Assembly: GCA_036172245.1 (NCBI GenBank) | Contig: JAYWIR010000033.1 | Coordinates: forward strand, 2,108,001 to 2,172,000 | Source of the DNA: Raillietiella orientalis | Lineage: Eukaryota | DNA length: 64,000 nt | Direction of reading: 5' to 3' | In this document: positions 25,604-38,700 of the stretch, piece after piece | Layout: every line of letters starts with the position of its first letter | Position numbering within the stretch: position 1 is the stretch's first letter | The notes under the pieces: model-generated | Databases searched by the model: none | What the model saw: only the letters and a program-made list of their open reading frames with translations | Told to the model about the DNA's origin: nothing | Translations under genes and position numbers: made by a program

Positions 25604-28084
25604 CTTGGGCCTAAATCGTAAAACATACCTACAAACAACCCAAAAACTTTTTAACCTCGGATTCATAGCCTTCACTCAATGACTAACAGAATAATTCATT
25701 GTGGCATACATATGGAAAAATGTAAGTTTTTTTAAAGATCCATTGAAATTTCTGAGCTTCTGTTATACTATTAATAAGTTCAAGTAAAAAAAATTAAAAG
25801 CTATTGTGTAGTAGTTTGGGATTAGTAGCCAAATTGGCTCTGGAATTTTCATGCTTCCAATCAGCACCGTGGCCAAGTCCTAGAAAGCAGTGACTTTCCA
25901 TGTTGTCCACGTGGCAATGCAGCCACCCTCCGCAGTCGCGGTTCCACTAAATAGTGGCTGGTTCCACCAACAACTACACGGCACCTATCATTAATAATGG
26001 ATGCTCTATTGGGGACTGCAGGAAACGGATTCCACTCGAGGTGAACTCTTATAGAATTTTCGCCAAAGGGCAGCAACACCTTCTAGAGAGTGGTGTGCTT
26101 GTGAAAAGGGTATCAGGGGCCATTCCGTATCCCCACGCCCCATCCCAAAACTATTGCAAAGTGCCCGAAGGTTCGTATGCACGGAGCTTTTTGAAGCTTC
26201 CGAAAGCCTTCGCCGGTTGTGGGAAGCACAGAATGCTTTTTATGATATCCTTGGAGTGATCCCGGAAACCGCAATACGCCTCGACTTCAGATCATAGAAC
26301 TTTGGATCCGCAGAAACGGAAACGAAGTCTGCATACTGTGATGGACCGTCGTGAAATTAGAACACGTGTAGTTCTAATGTATTGTATGTAGTTCGTCGTG
26401 TGTGTGTGCCACCCTGTAGGGACGCCGGCATCTCCCTAGAAGCGAATGCGCATCTTGACGACTTCAAGGAACCTTCAGATGCTAATAAAAAAAAAAGAAA
26501 ATCCCTTGCGAGCAGGGAACCGTCGCCCTGCAAAATGATCTTTCAAGTGACATCGCGCCCTAAAGCTCCTATTAAACTGTCCCCATTTTGTCGCATTCTC
26601 CTGGATCTGTCCCGCTTTGAACGGAGTCATGTTCGCTCCTCTCTGACTTCTTAACGATCTTTAAATCCGATCCTCATCTGCGAATTCCAGCATCTTGGAT
26701 AATCTCCATCCAAGATTCTGTGAAACAGCCTAGGTGTCGGAGGCTGCGAGATCACGCCTAACGGGATCCGAACGGGATTACGCCTGTGAGTTTTGACGAA
26801 ACCTCGACTGCTTCGTAGCCAGTGATCCAGTGACGTCAGCGGGACACGAGAAGATGGGCCTCCGAGAAACCTACGCTTCTGACCTTCGAAAAAGGAAAAC
26901 GGAACCGGAAGTTGCGCTCCCTGGAGTGAAATGTCATCCACTGAGGTAATGTAACTTTTTTCAAGGTAAATTTTGGTGCCAGCAAAATTCCCTTTTCCAT
27001 CGAATGGAAAAAAAAAAAAAAAAAAGCAGACGCATCCTCCGATTACTGTGTTTTTATCGGTCCAGGCAAAGGAGACATTCCTTCTGGGGAAAAAGAAAAT
27101 GAAAAACAAAACGTGTTCCAGGAGCAATAAAGCATTCAGGATATTGGCAGCTTCAGCCAGCAGGCATTTGACTACCTCGTGTGCACAAACAAGTGGAACG
27201 GCTTCTGGAAACCTCAGGGATTTGCAAATCTTTCCCTGAATTCATAGCAGCTCTTTAACTTTCATTTCCGAGCATCCAGATGAATCGATTTTAAATCTGG
27301 GCTCTGAAGGTATCGTTTGACTGAGTTTAGCGAGGGAGAGAAGACGGGAGAGGAAAGCATCACCGGCTGATTCTCTCTTGAGACTGCGGAAAGGATGCAA
27401 TTATTTTGGAACCATTCGGAAATTCTCGATACCATGGAATACAGAAAAATGGCGCCTTTCCATATATCACCGGAGCACTTCCCTCCGCCGCGACTCCGGG
27501 ACGAATGAGATATTCCTCCTTTTTTGTTTCCGTCTCCTTTTACAAGTCCGAGGAGCGCACGCCGTGACAGCAAAGCCATCTACACCTCGCCTTTGATGGA
27601 TCGCGGTCTTTTTTCAAGCCTTTTCTTTGCTTTTGTTTTTTTTTCCCCCGTTAGACGCTACAGGAATGAAGGAAGATTGAGGGGACCTCGCGAGTGCTGC
27701 ACCAGGGAGAGCGCGGGGGTCCGCAGAACACGCTGATCCACCCGGGAGCCGCAGGAGAGGATTCGTGTTCTCTCATTCCCGCCGAGCCAGGGAACGCAGC
27801 AAGGCCTCCCTGTCCAAGGAAGTTCGCTTCCAATGCTTCCGTTCCATCAGTCGGGAAGCAAACGGTCAAGGGTGAAGAATTTACCTACATCGGAACATCT
27901 GTTCCGATTTCGCAGCGGTCCCTGGCAACACGGGGACTCCATTTCGTGTGTTTTTATGTAGGTTATTTATGGCTGCTCGGATCGTCCTACCAGAAAAAGG
28001 AAAGACTTTCGTGTCGCGCCTATTACTTCTAAGCTTTTTTTTTTTTTTTGGATTGTGGAAGCAACCATGGAAAAGAAAGTTGAA

Positions 28085-28400
28085 GGCATCGCGTCGTCCA
28101 AAGATGCTGAGGATGTGCGCGACTGAGATAAAACTCTACTCGCACATCTCCGAGCACGCTCACTGCTTTTCAAAGGTGTCTTCCACCGTCGATGCGCTCC
28201 GATGCAGCAGGCTCGTTCTCTTCTCGTGGAAGGAGGAACCTCCGCCCCATGGCTACAGGGCACGCGGTCTCGCCAGGCAGAACCTCGAGGAACGCAATGA
28301 CATCACCATGAAGGATGAAAGAGGAAGGTGGACCATCGAATCCGAAATGAGGATGTGATGGATCAGGATGAAGAAGAAGACCTGGAGCGCGATGGTCTCT
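28085..28400 (+). mobile_element. RTE-like LINE 3' remnant
   Basis: KMLRM...KLYSH...HAHCF...SRLVLFSW...PHGYRARG...MKDERGRW follows the C-terminal pattern MLR...LY....GHC....S.L.LW.P.HG.R.RG....M.DR..W. Confidence 0.5.
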
Positions 28401-29299
28401 TGCAGCCAGCAGATGCTGCTGTGCTCCGAAAACCGAAAGCCACAGGGCAACGAATGCCCAGGGCAGCGGAACCGATGCGGATGCGCAAAAAATGAAGCAG
28501 CAAATCAGAGCTTCTTGACACTTGTTGTAGGGGCTAAACCGCAACCCTCGAGAAGGGAGAACCTTCCAGATGGCTCGACGGAAGGAACGGCATCCAAAGT
28601 TTCCTGAAAACGGTCTGCACTTTGCACAGTCTTCGAATGCCAGGTTTTGGTAGTTGGTGGGAGTCGACCAACCAGGGGGACTCCTCAAGACCAGAAAAAC
28701 GATGAGAACAGGAAAGTGAAATAGTTCTGCTTCGTCCAAAGCGAGGCCATTTCAAGGACGTTTCGAGATCCCTTTGGATTCGATCAGGGAAGCAGACATG
28801 CGTTTGCTTGGATGTGAGAATATCCAGGAAGGGGTCAAAAACGCCCTAAGGGAAACAAACAAATATATAAGCAAACACGTTGCGTCCTTCGATCCCCCTG
28901 ATCTTTGCGCTTGCATTCTTCAGCGTGCTTGCTAGTTGCACACTTCGGCTTGGCGAGGTGTCCAGTGCATACGGAAGGATTCACCAGCAAGAGGTGATCT
29001 GCTCTTGTGCTCCATCCCCCGATCCAAAGCGAGCGGTTGGCCTCAAAGCACTCGTCGGCCTGTGGTGAGAAACCGATGAAACGAAAGATGCGAGGCTTTC
29101 GGTTCTCTTCTATACGCTGGCAGCAGCAGCGGATTCTCTTGGTAGACCAAGAAGGAAGCATCCCAAAGCTCGTGCTTGATAAAATCGTTCAGCAGAGATG
29201 GGAGGTCACAACCCCGAATCGAGCAGAACGGGAAGAAAGACGAAGTAACCAGGCAAGGAAACCGTCCCTTGATTTTCAATAAGAAGAATTCTTAGGCTC

Positions 29300-30400
29300 G
29301 CCGACCACGAGGAGTTTGACCTTCGAGGACAAACCATCGATGTTGCTATGCTTCTTCCTCGCTGGAATTGCTCCTGCTCCGTTACCAATCCCTATCCAGT
29401 GTTGGCAAGCACCAAGTACTCCACCAATTTTTACGTTATCCATGATGAACTCGTCTGTATCGTTATGCAGTCCGCGCATAGCGCTCGTACAGTACAATGA
29501 GGATTGATAGCACATGAGATTTCCTAAGCAAAAACGGAGTAAGTGGCTCCTGTGCATTCACAGAATGTCCCCGTCATTTCAAAATGGCGTGCAGAGAGGC
29601 TTTCAAACCCCAAGATTTCCAGGCTTCAGAGGTATTTCGATGGCTTCTTTTCATGGGAGAAGGAAGCTAAAATGATCATGTTGCTGGGGTGTCCTTTCCC
29701 AATTTGGAACACGCTCCTCTCCACATAGAGTAGCGCGTTCTTCGGGGACCCCCTTTCTTCAGAAGACTCCAACACAAGAATCTTTTCTGTCTGTAAACAA
29801 TCTCTCTTGTCAGTCTGAGAAGAGATTCCAATTGAAGAATGAAAGACATTCAGCTACATCATGATGAAAGTACAGCGCTTTCACTTTTCGTGTGTCTCTA
29901 CTATCATCATGATGACAGCAGTGTCCTGGCATGAAGCACGTGCAGGGAGCCCCTTGTGAAGCACAGTTCCACGTAAAAAAGGAAGTGATGCTGGAAGCAT
30001 CAATTTGAGATATGCTGAGGATGCCGTGCTAAGGGCTTCACCTCCCGAGCGGAACAGCTGTACCTCCAGACACTGTTTGCAAAGGAAAGAGGAAAATTTG
30101 TTTATCAAACACAAACATTGGAGTATCCGAAGACGTTTTTCCGTGGACCGAAGAATCTCAGATATTTTTCAAAATCGATCTTTCGCCTGAATGAAAGACG
30201 AAAAGGGGGGGGCAGAATAAAACGTTCAGATTTTTTCCTGGCAGCTTTTCCAGTTCGACACGAAATGTTGAGGATTCTTTCGAAGATGCCCACGTGCTTT
30301 CTTGCTTCTGCGATCCATTTGCAAAGGAGCGAAAGGATCGCATCTCTGTCCTCAGCAGCTCTGATCACAGTTTTTCAAGCCCAACCCCCCTTTTCTCCTC
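29300..30400 (-). mobile_element. Degraded LINE RT remnant
   Basis: FRSGGEALSTASS (cf. GVRQG..LSP) followed by SCQDTAVIMMIVETHEK (cf. YADDTAL.AE..E). Confidence 0.35.
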
Positions 30401-31609
30401 TAGGAGGTGCTTGGAGCCTTATTAATGGGTCGCTGGAGAAGCTCTCAGGAGTCTGGGAACCCCGAATCACGTCATTCTAACGGATGCGTCAGCGGCCGCG
30501 ATCACGGAATCCAGAGAATCCCGACGAAGCCTTGAGGGAATCGAGAATTTCCGAGAAGGGAAGAGACGGTGCGCTCGAAGGTACAGTGCTTTGTGCCGGA
30601 GGGAAAGAGCGGGTCATCGTCTGCGGCGGAAGAACCTTTCAAAAATTACATGGTGAACTGAAATGGGGATGATGCCAGGAATTCTTGGTTATTCCGTTTA
30701 CATTCATTCCCTTTTCCTAATGCTGATGCTGAACTAACAAATTTTGTAACGGAACTCGCGCATTTCCTTTGCGGGAAATGGTTTCTCGAAAGGGAGAATT
30801 TGGTGGTTGTAATTTGCCCGCTGGAGACAAAGGATAACCATCAATTGTTTTGGCGCGACCTGTTCAGAGATAACGGATGTCTTCGTGGATTCCAAGCGAA
30901 GCAAGGTGGAACAAAAAAAAGAAAAAAAAAATGAATAATCGGCCAAGGTTATGGTTCTGGGAAGGAAAATAGGAAAGGAGAGGAAGCAGGGTTTAAGAAA
31001 ATTCGAGAGCAACATGAAATCATTCCTTCATCAGCTGCAATCTGTCACTCTGACGTTGATGAAAAGCGAGCGCAGGAAGCAGCAGAAATTTCCGCCAACG
31101 GAAGGATGAGCAAGGATTTTTGAGGATGAAGGAAAGCTGCTGCATTCGTGGGAGCCAACTGGGTATTCCGCGGAAACAGACGTCTCGAGAACGAGGCTTC
31201 ACGGGATGAGTTGGTCTGGACCGGCAGCTGACCATCATGCGATAGTCTGAGTCCACACGAATCCTCCCACCCCAGCGTTTAGCCGTACGGATGGAGACCC
31301 GCCGCGGGTCGTCTCCAGGTGCTTCGGCCACGCTCGATACCACCGAAAATGAGCTGGCCTTCTTTCAAAAGCCACCGCAATTCTCCGGCGGCCTCTACGC
31401 GGTGCCCTACGTGGTGGCTGAAACCAGGGTGGTGATACTCCAAGCAGCCACCACGTTGGACCGCTCATAATCGGATGTTGACGAAACGCGAGGAATCCGA
31501 TGGAATGGCTCCCAAACTCGTATTTCTTGATCCACCGGAGGAGGGATCGATATTCCCTAAGACCCTTCCTCTACTCTTTCCCTTTCCACCCTGTTCCCAA
31601 CTCCCTTAC

Positions 31610-31777
31610 CTGGAGGAAGCTGGCAGCTGAGCACAACCTCAGCTCTAGCGCTCCCCAAAAGGTTTTGAAGGATGCAGGTGTATTTCCCGCAGGCGTCTCT
31701 GCTGACATTCACGATCATTAGGGAGAGATAGGTCCGGCGGCTCCCATTCCACGTTTGGACCAAATGGCGAGCTCCTC
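31610..31777 (-). CDS. DIP/lachesin-like gene exon, second half of Ig3
   Basis: Acceptor actcttccag|GAGGAGCT (an alternative in-frame acceptor would start the exon at 31798), donor CCAG|gtaagg. Encodes TYLSLMIVNVSRDACGKYTCILQNLLGSARAEVVL, matching the D.G.Y.C...N.LG motif. Confidence 0.87.
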
Positions 31778-34700
31778 CTGGAAGAGTAGTAGGCGTTCCT
31801 GCCTGAGAAAGGTGTGGCAGAGAAAGGGAGTCAATTTGATTCTCGCTTTTTTCGCAGCTGCTGCAGCATCGAACGTGCTCCTTTGGCGGAAGATGCCCAG
31901 CGCGTCTCGGGTTGGCGTAACTTTCCTCGCATTCTGAGACGCAAATCCCGACTCGTAGGTCACTGCAGTTCAACTAACGAAGGTTTCCGTTTTGTGAATC
32001 ATAAGCCCCTTGCACACGCTCATCTCAGTCTCAGTGCAGTTGGAGAAGGAGATGTGAAGACAAGATGGTCTGAAAGACCACACAAGGGTGCTCCATTTCA
32101 CAAACCATTCCTCTGTTAGCCTCAAGAGTGATGGAAGCGGAATATGCATCAGAAAAGACACATTTTTCTCCAGACGGAGTTTCTCATCTTCCATGTCCCC
32201 TTCGCTTTCTAGGAGATGAGTTCTCTCTGGTACCTCCTAGATTTCCTCCAGCAGCCGCACTCAGCTGACTCTCTCGTTCTCTTCGAGAGATCACCCTTTT
32301 GGAGGGTACAAGTCGAGGACCGCAAGGTTTATCTGAGGGTGGACGCTCCCTCAATAGAGGGAACGAGCAATGTGGGAGGCAAGCAGAACGATGCCTTCGA
32401 CCAGACAGGAAGACATTGAAAACAAGAGCGAGCTGCTGCTCCGGCTGGCTAACGGAGATGGACTTCGTGGGGTGGATGGAAGAACAGGACGAGCCGTCTG
32501 TTTAGGGAGTCAGGTGGTGGGCATCCCAAAGAAGTCTGAAGATGCAAAGTGCATCGGTGCATTTCTGCGACAGGAGGTGTGCAAGAACGAGCAAGATCGA
32601 ACTAGCTGCGTTCCTAAAGCCCCCCGCATTGCGAGTGAGGTCCATTCCAGCATGAGCAGATGCACGCTCTGGCTTGTACCAGAGCAGTGAACAAGAGAGA
32701 ACAGCCCACCGAACGGAGTGGGGAAGAAAAAGTCGTTGGGATTCCTACGGGGAACGTTGGAAAAGGAGGTAAAGGGATGTTTTATGCGCGGTATTATGGT
32801 GAACACTGCACCATAAGATGCACTGCACAACTTATTTCCTTCTTCGGCCTATCGATTGGAGTCACCATGATCCTCTCTTGTCTGGATTTTCTCGTAAATG
32901 ACAAAAACTGGAAAGTTCGGTTTCGTCACTTGATCGAACCATTTCGCTCAAATCGAGTTGAGGAAACTCTAGTTGGCGGGACCAAACCGTGGGGAGAGCA
33001 TCCCAGCTGAGATGTGCGCGGCGAAGCAAACAGTAGAGGGGGATTCTCTCCACCTTCTCCGCGATCAATCCATTCTCTAGATTGGTCTCCACCTCGAAAC
33101 GAAAACATAGTTCCTGAGGATGGTAGTTTCATTCAGGGGCTCAGCATGTGCTTCCAGCATGTGTTCCGGAAGTGTCTTTTTTGTTCGAAGGCACCCTTTT
33201 CTACTGAAATATTCTATTCTATTCTCTTCGCATCGTCCTTACGTTTTGCCGTTCGCTGAATCCCATGAGAGGAAGGATTCTACCACCATCCCTCGCACCG
33301 ACGCAGCTGCCCCTCTAACGGCGAAACGGAGAACCTCGGCACCCTCCGCGCGTTTGGAGCAGCAACTGATGATGATTCATCTCGATCCGGGAGGTTCAGG
33401 AACACTTTTGCAAAGCCATCATCGGAGAAGTAGCTTTGGCTTGAAGAAGCCTGACAGGAGGTCTTGGAATGATCACTTCAGAATTCCGAAGCAGAGGAGC
33501 CCAAGGAACGCAATGCTTTCGGATACGACAGTGCTGTTCGTAATCGCCAAGTGTCCTCAGTCCTCATTCTTTTGAGTTTCCCTCCGGGCTTCCCATGGTC
33601 TTTCGCGCGACCTTGAAAAATACGCGCAGTCTACTCTGACGTCTGCTTCATTATTTTCATCCCAAAGTTCCCTCCTCTGGCCCTCTGGATGTACACGGAA
33701 GCCACGATGCGAAACGTTTCTTGGCAAATTCAGAAACCAAAATGGCACTGTTCGACTGCGGGCTGCCAAAAGGTAGGAGCCGGGACTCGAAACGCGAGAG
33801 AGTATTCTTTGCTGCATCGAAACTTCCATCCGTTCAACTTTGGGGATTGCCAAATCTCCAGAGGGGTACTCGGAAAAGGAAAACGCGGAGTGGGAGGAAC
33901 ACTTGACAAGCAGGACAGGCAGAACTTTCTAACCGACGCCGATAGATGGTGTTGATGGAAGCCCGTGGTCGCGTCGTGGCAGGAAACGGAGCACAGAGTG
34001 AGAGAAAGTGGCAGAAATGAAATAGGTGGGAGGGTACGACCGTCCTATTCCATTTCGAAGAGTTGGCCACTTTTTTAAAAAAAAAAAGAAAAGAAAAGAA
34101 AAAAAGAAAAAGTGGAATTTGGGTGTAACTGCACTTAAACTGTAGCTGGTAGGACTGGACTGCTTGACATTTCTAAAGTGCAACCCACTGAAGACGCAGC
34201 AAACGCTCAGAAGTGTCCTCGAGACCGATCTGGGTGGATGCAGCACCTACACGCCGATATCTACTTAAAGACAACTCAAATTGGACACACACGAACTATC
34301 TCGATCTGCACGTCTAGTGGATGAACAAAGGGGTGTGCTGTCCAAGGAAAATGCAAAATGGGGTGATGTACACGAAGCTGAGAAGCCCTTGGAAAAAATG
34401 GCGCCCCGCTTTCAAAAAAACAAGCCTCAGGATCCTCATAGGGTCCAATGCAATGTGTAGACTCAGGGTGGGCAAATTAAAGCCGGCTCGCCTAGAAACT
34501 GGCACTGTGAAGAAACCCAGCGAGTCTTAAAACCAGACCGACTTCCCATCTGTCGCCCTGTCCCTTGAAAGCGGACCTCGGGCCACCTTCATCAGGAGGA
34601 TCCCTTAGACCAAGATTTTCAGTCGTCAATAGAAAATTCATCCAATGGAAGGAGATCAGATTCCTCGAGTGGGCAGGCGTGGAGTATTCCGTGAAGAGTT

Positions 34701-35749
34701 CTATGCTCAAGCCGTGTGGATTTGGGATGTGGATATTGGAGAAAGTTTTCAAATTATCTGTAAGGTGCGAAAACGTATTGTCCGAAGTTGCACCCCGGAT
34801 TTTTTTTTCGCCTCCTGAAAGCCAAACAGGAGCGATTTTTTTTCTGTTTTTTGCATCCAGAGGTTGGAATTTCTCCCGAACTAATTTCACGACACCATCT
34901 CACTTCTTAGCTACAACGTTGGACAAAAGATCATTCCATTCTACTCCTGTCCTGGCCGGCAGTCTGAAATTGCAGTTACTGAGGGCGAGGTCTCAATTAG
35001 AGCCCTCAATAACTCAGTAAGGCAAAAGCAGTGCAGCAAGGAATAAAATTAAGTACATAAAACGGTGGCTCACTCCGATAATGAAGATAATGGTGGCTCG
35101 TTTACGATATTTTTTTCACGCACTAACCACTCCTCTTTTCCTCCATGTCCTGATCCTCTCTCATCGACTCTTTCGCTCTGATTGGTGCGAAACAAATCCA
35201 CCATCAAAGGTGTCGCATCCTCTCATCCGAAGAACTCGTTTTCACATCATCCTTTGTCCCCCAGATTGAAGCCACGAAGCCTGCTTGAGAAAAGCAGTCT
35301 TCCATGGATCACGGTATTTCACTTAGCGGAGATGCCTGTGATGATCTTATCTAAACACGGCATTCAACCCTGGACATTGTCTACTCGATTCTCCAGCTTT
35401 TTTTTCCACCCAAACCTACATTCTCCTAGCCTGGAATCTTTTTTCTCCTCAGTTTTGATCTCAGTGGCTTCAAAGGAACTATCGCTGTCAAGCATGCCTT
35501 TAGAAAAAGATCTCCGGTAATGATCATGGAAGCACAAATCTCCCAGGAGCATACCAATGAAGCAGTGTGAAATTTTCTCCGGTTTCTGATGCCCACTGCC
35601 CGTAGCTCCCGAAGCTGCATCCGTACCAAACGTGTGGGAAAAAATTCGGGACTATTCCACATGGTTTCAGGCGTAGTGCTCAAGGAAGAGAGTTTTGCCA
35701 CAAAACAGCAGCCAAATGGGATACTTAATGTGACTAACGGGAAGCAGAA

Positions 35750-35783
<34 letters not shown>

Positions 35784-38700
35784 ACTACTTTTGATTCAGG
35801 AAAATCGGACGGTAGAATGAATGCCGTACAGAACGTTTATGAGGTCGCACATACATCGCATCTGCAGGTCAGCTAGCCAGAGGCGATATCCATAATGAAG
35901 TTTTGAATTCTAATGATAGGCAATTCAATATTTCTGGTGATAGGTTTCAGGGAAGAGTAAGTCTCAAGATCTGAATGCACTGCCCACGGTTCTTTTTGGG
36001 GATATTCTTGGAACGGAATCTTCATGCCGAAAATTCTCTTATATCTACCATTTCGGTGCCATGGAAACCACTGATTCTCGTTTACTCTTAACACGCGCAT
36101 GGCGTTGATGTGATCAGCAGACCCATACTTTGTGTGTAGGAGTTAAACTCTCATGTCATTGCCAATGCGGAAGAGAGAAGTGCGTCTCCCAGACGACCGA
36201 CGTGGAGATCGACAAGGAAGATTATCTAAACACAAAAAGGGTGTGTGAGATCTTTGAAGTGGATTTTTTGATGGAAGGATCATTCTGCAATGCAAAAGTT
36301 GACGGACTTCTTCTCGTGTTCCGACGAGGAAAGATACGGTTTAGAATCATCCGCAGAATGATGCACGCAATCCAGAATTGATGAACCTCAACCTCGGCGG
36401 ACAGTAGGAGGCATAAGAGAACAAATAACCACGAAATCTCCCACCGAAGAAGACCAACGGAAGGTGCTCAATTTGTTCTTGACTTGACCGTTCCTCCAAA
36501 CCTTGTCTTGATGCTCTGCCCTACGGAAATGCGTTTTCAGGAAGGGCAAAGGAAACTTCTCCGTTCTTCTTGAAGGGACGCGCTGCCTCCGATCTTGGAA
36601 AAACTGGCCTGAAGCTGTGCCAACCGAAAACGCGAAGACTTCCCTGCTCGCACTGCACGATCGCATGAAACCCACTCAATAAAACAGCCGATTCACTGCT
36701 CATCTCTTCACGCGATTGAATCGCCTTTTTTTTTCTTTTTTTTCTTTTTTTACGGATGAGCGGCCTCACTCTGATCCGCTGACATGCAAGGGTCCATGCA
36801 GATTAGATCTCTGCGAGCTGCGACCGCTGTTTCGGTAGAGCTCCTGTCGAGCCTAGCTAATTCTGAGTCTTGTTGCGTTCTCTTCACGACGACTTCCTTT
36901 CCATCAAGCTAAGATAGAACAGTTCTATAAATCGATTGCTCGCTTTCTAAGTTTCGCTAAGTAACTTCCCCGGCTTTGACAATTCAAGACGCGCATCCAA
37001 AAACATTCGGTGATTCACTAAGAGGAGATGAATTTTAAAGGAACGATCGGTTAAGCAGCTGCGGATTTGGTGCACGTCTTAAGCATCAGAGGTTCACCCA
37101 CCACCCCAGGCTAACTCCTGTCAGAGAGGGATCGATCATATCCGCCGGTGCCAGAAATGGGATGAAGCGCTGCCGCACATTTTAAATCGTTGCGTGCCTC
37201 TTTCTCAACTCAACACCAGGAAGGATGGCGACTACATCAGAGAGACCATGCGCGGACGAGATGAGGTGCTGGGCAACAACCAAAGATCATCCGGCTCGGA
37301 ATCTCTCATCCTCTTCATAAGGAAAGGGAGTTGTGTCGTCATGCTCGAGGAGCACTTCCACGCATTCGAAAACATACCGGTGGACTTCAAGAAGAAGAAT
37401 GAAAGAAAAGAAGAAGAAAAATGGAATCACGTGCTTTCCCTTTTCCTCTTTCAGGACCCATGCCTCAGTTAGCGGAATTGTCATGGGATCACTAGAGTTC
37501 CGGAATTCTCGAGAACCATGATGTCTTGCGAGAGCTGGAAACTCAAGAACGAAGCAGCTCTACCTCGAGCCTTTTTTTTTTGGGGGGAGTTTCCAGGACA
37601 CGACAATTTTGTAGAGGAATGGATCCACAATCCGCACCATCTCCATCGCATAGCAGTCTTAGATACCGCCATTTACTAACCGTACAGCCAGGACATCTAT
37701 CGCACACACGAGACAAGAACCACCGCTTCTTAGACTCAAGCAGAGCCGAAACTCAAGCAAACCAGAATTCGTCCCTCAGCAAAAAGTGTTACCATGGTTT
37801 CAGCCCTCTCAGCAAAACAACCCTTCTCGGACCTCTAGTACCTCTTACACAACGATGAAGAGATTCCTATGCTGGTAGGAATCTGAGGAACTCGTACTTG
37901 GCCTGCTCTTTTTCACCTTTGCATTTCTTCCTGTAATTCTGAACGATTCCATTCGAACTCCAATCTTGCACTGCCTTCATGGCTCCTTGAACTTCAGCGA
38001 CCGGAATTCAATTTAATATCCATCAGGCGGGATCAGCAGCACCTGCAGAATATCCGTGCTCATCTTTCACTCTACCAGAATGCCTGGAGCGAAGCAGCAT
38101 CGGCTTTGAAGGCAGAAAATTCCTGGATGACATCATGTACGCGTCGGACCAACCCGTTGTCACGTGTCTCTTTCTGATTGGGAGGGTTCGATGCATACTG
38201 CTGATTCAAGAGAAGCCATCCACCAGATGGGAATTCGGAAGAAAAGAGTTTCCACGAGGGAGCGATCCTTGGTCAAGGAGATGTGTATTTGAGATGAACA
38301 AGGCATCTGAGCTGCGTTCTGTGTTCGAACTGAGAACACGATATCCCTGAGATCTCCGAAAATTCTGAACGAATTCGCAGAACTTCCGCTTCGGCTCTGA
38401 GAAGGATCACTCGGCAGTAACCCACATTGCTGCGTTTCTTCAGACGCCACATCGAGAGAGTAGGGACCTGGCCAGAGGATGTCAGTTGCCCCCCGCGTTC
38501 GCTCACTGCTCCCTTCGATCGTGACCCATGCGGACGTCCATTAATTCTGGTGACTGAAATCCAAACGGTGATTCTTCTCAACACGAATTTTCCCCGAAGA
38601 CCGCATTGGAGGTCGGCGCGCGGTACCGAGAGTTGTGGATTCGAATATCCGTAAAGGATGCCAGAGAAACGGTTGTGCCCTGGGTTTCGAGTTTCACCCG

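Noticed and set aside
28880..29068. ORF starting MRPSIPLIFALAFFSVLASC, resembling a signal peptide
   Set aside because: It has a non-ATG start, is short, and has no supporting downstream exons or motifs.
36130..36381. Protein-like ORF (DVEIDKEDYLNTKRVCEIFEVDFL)
   Set aside because: No family recognised, it lies within an intron on the opposite strand, and there is no splice support.
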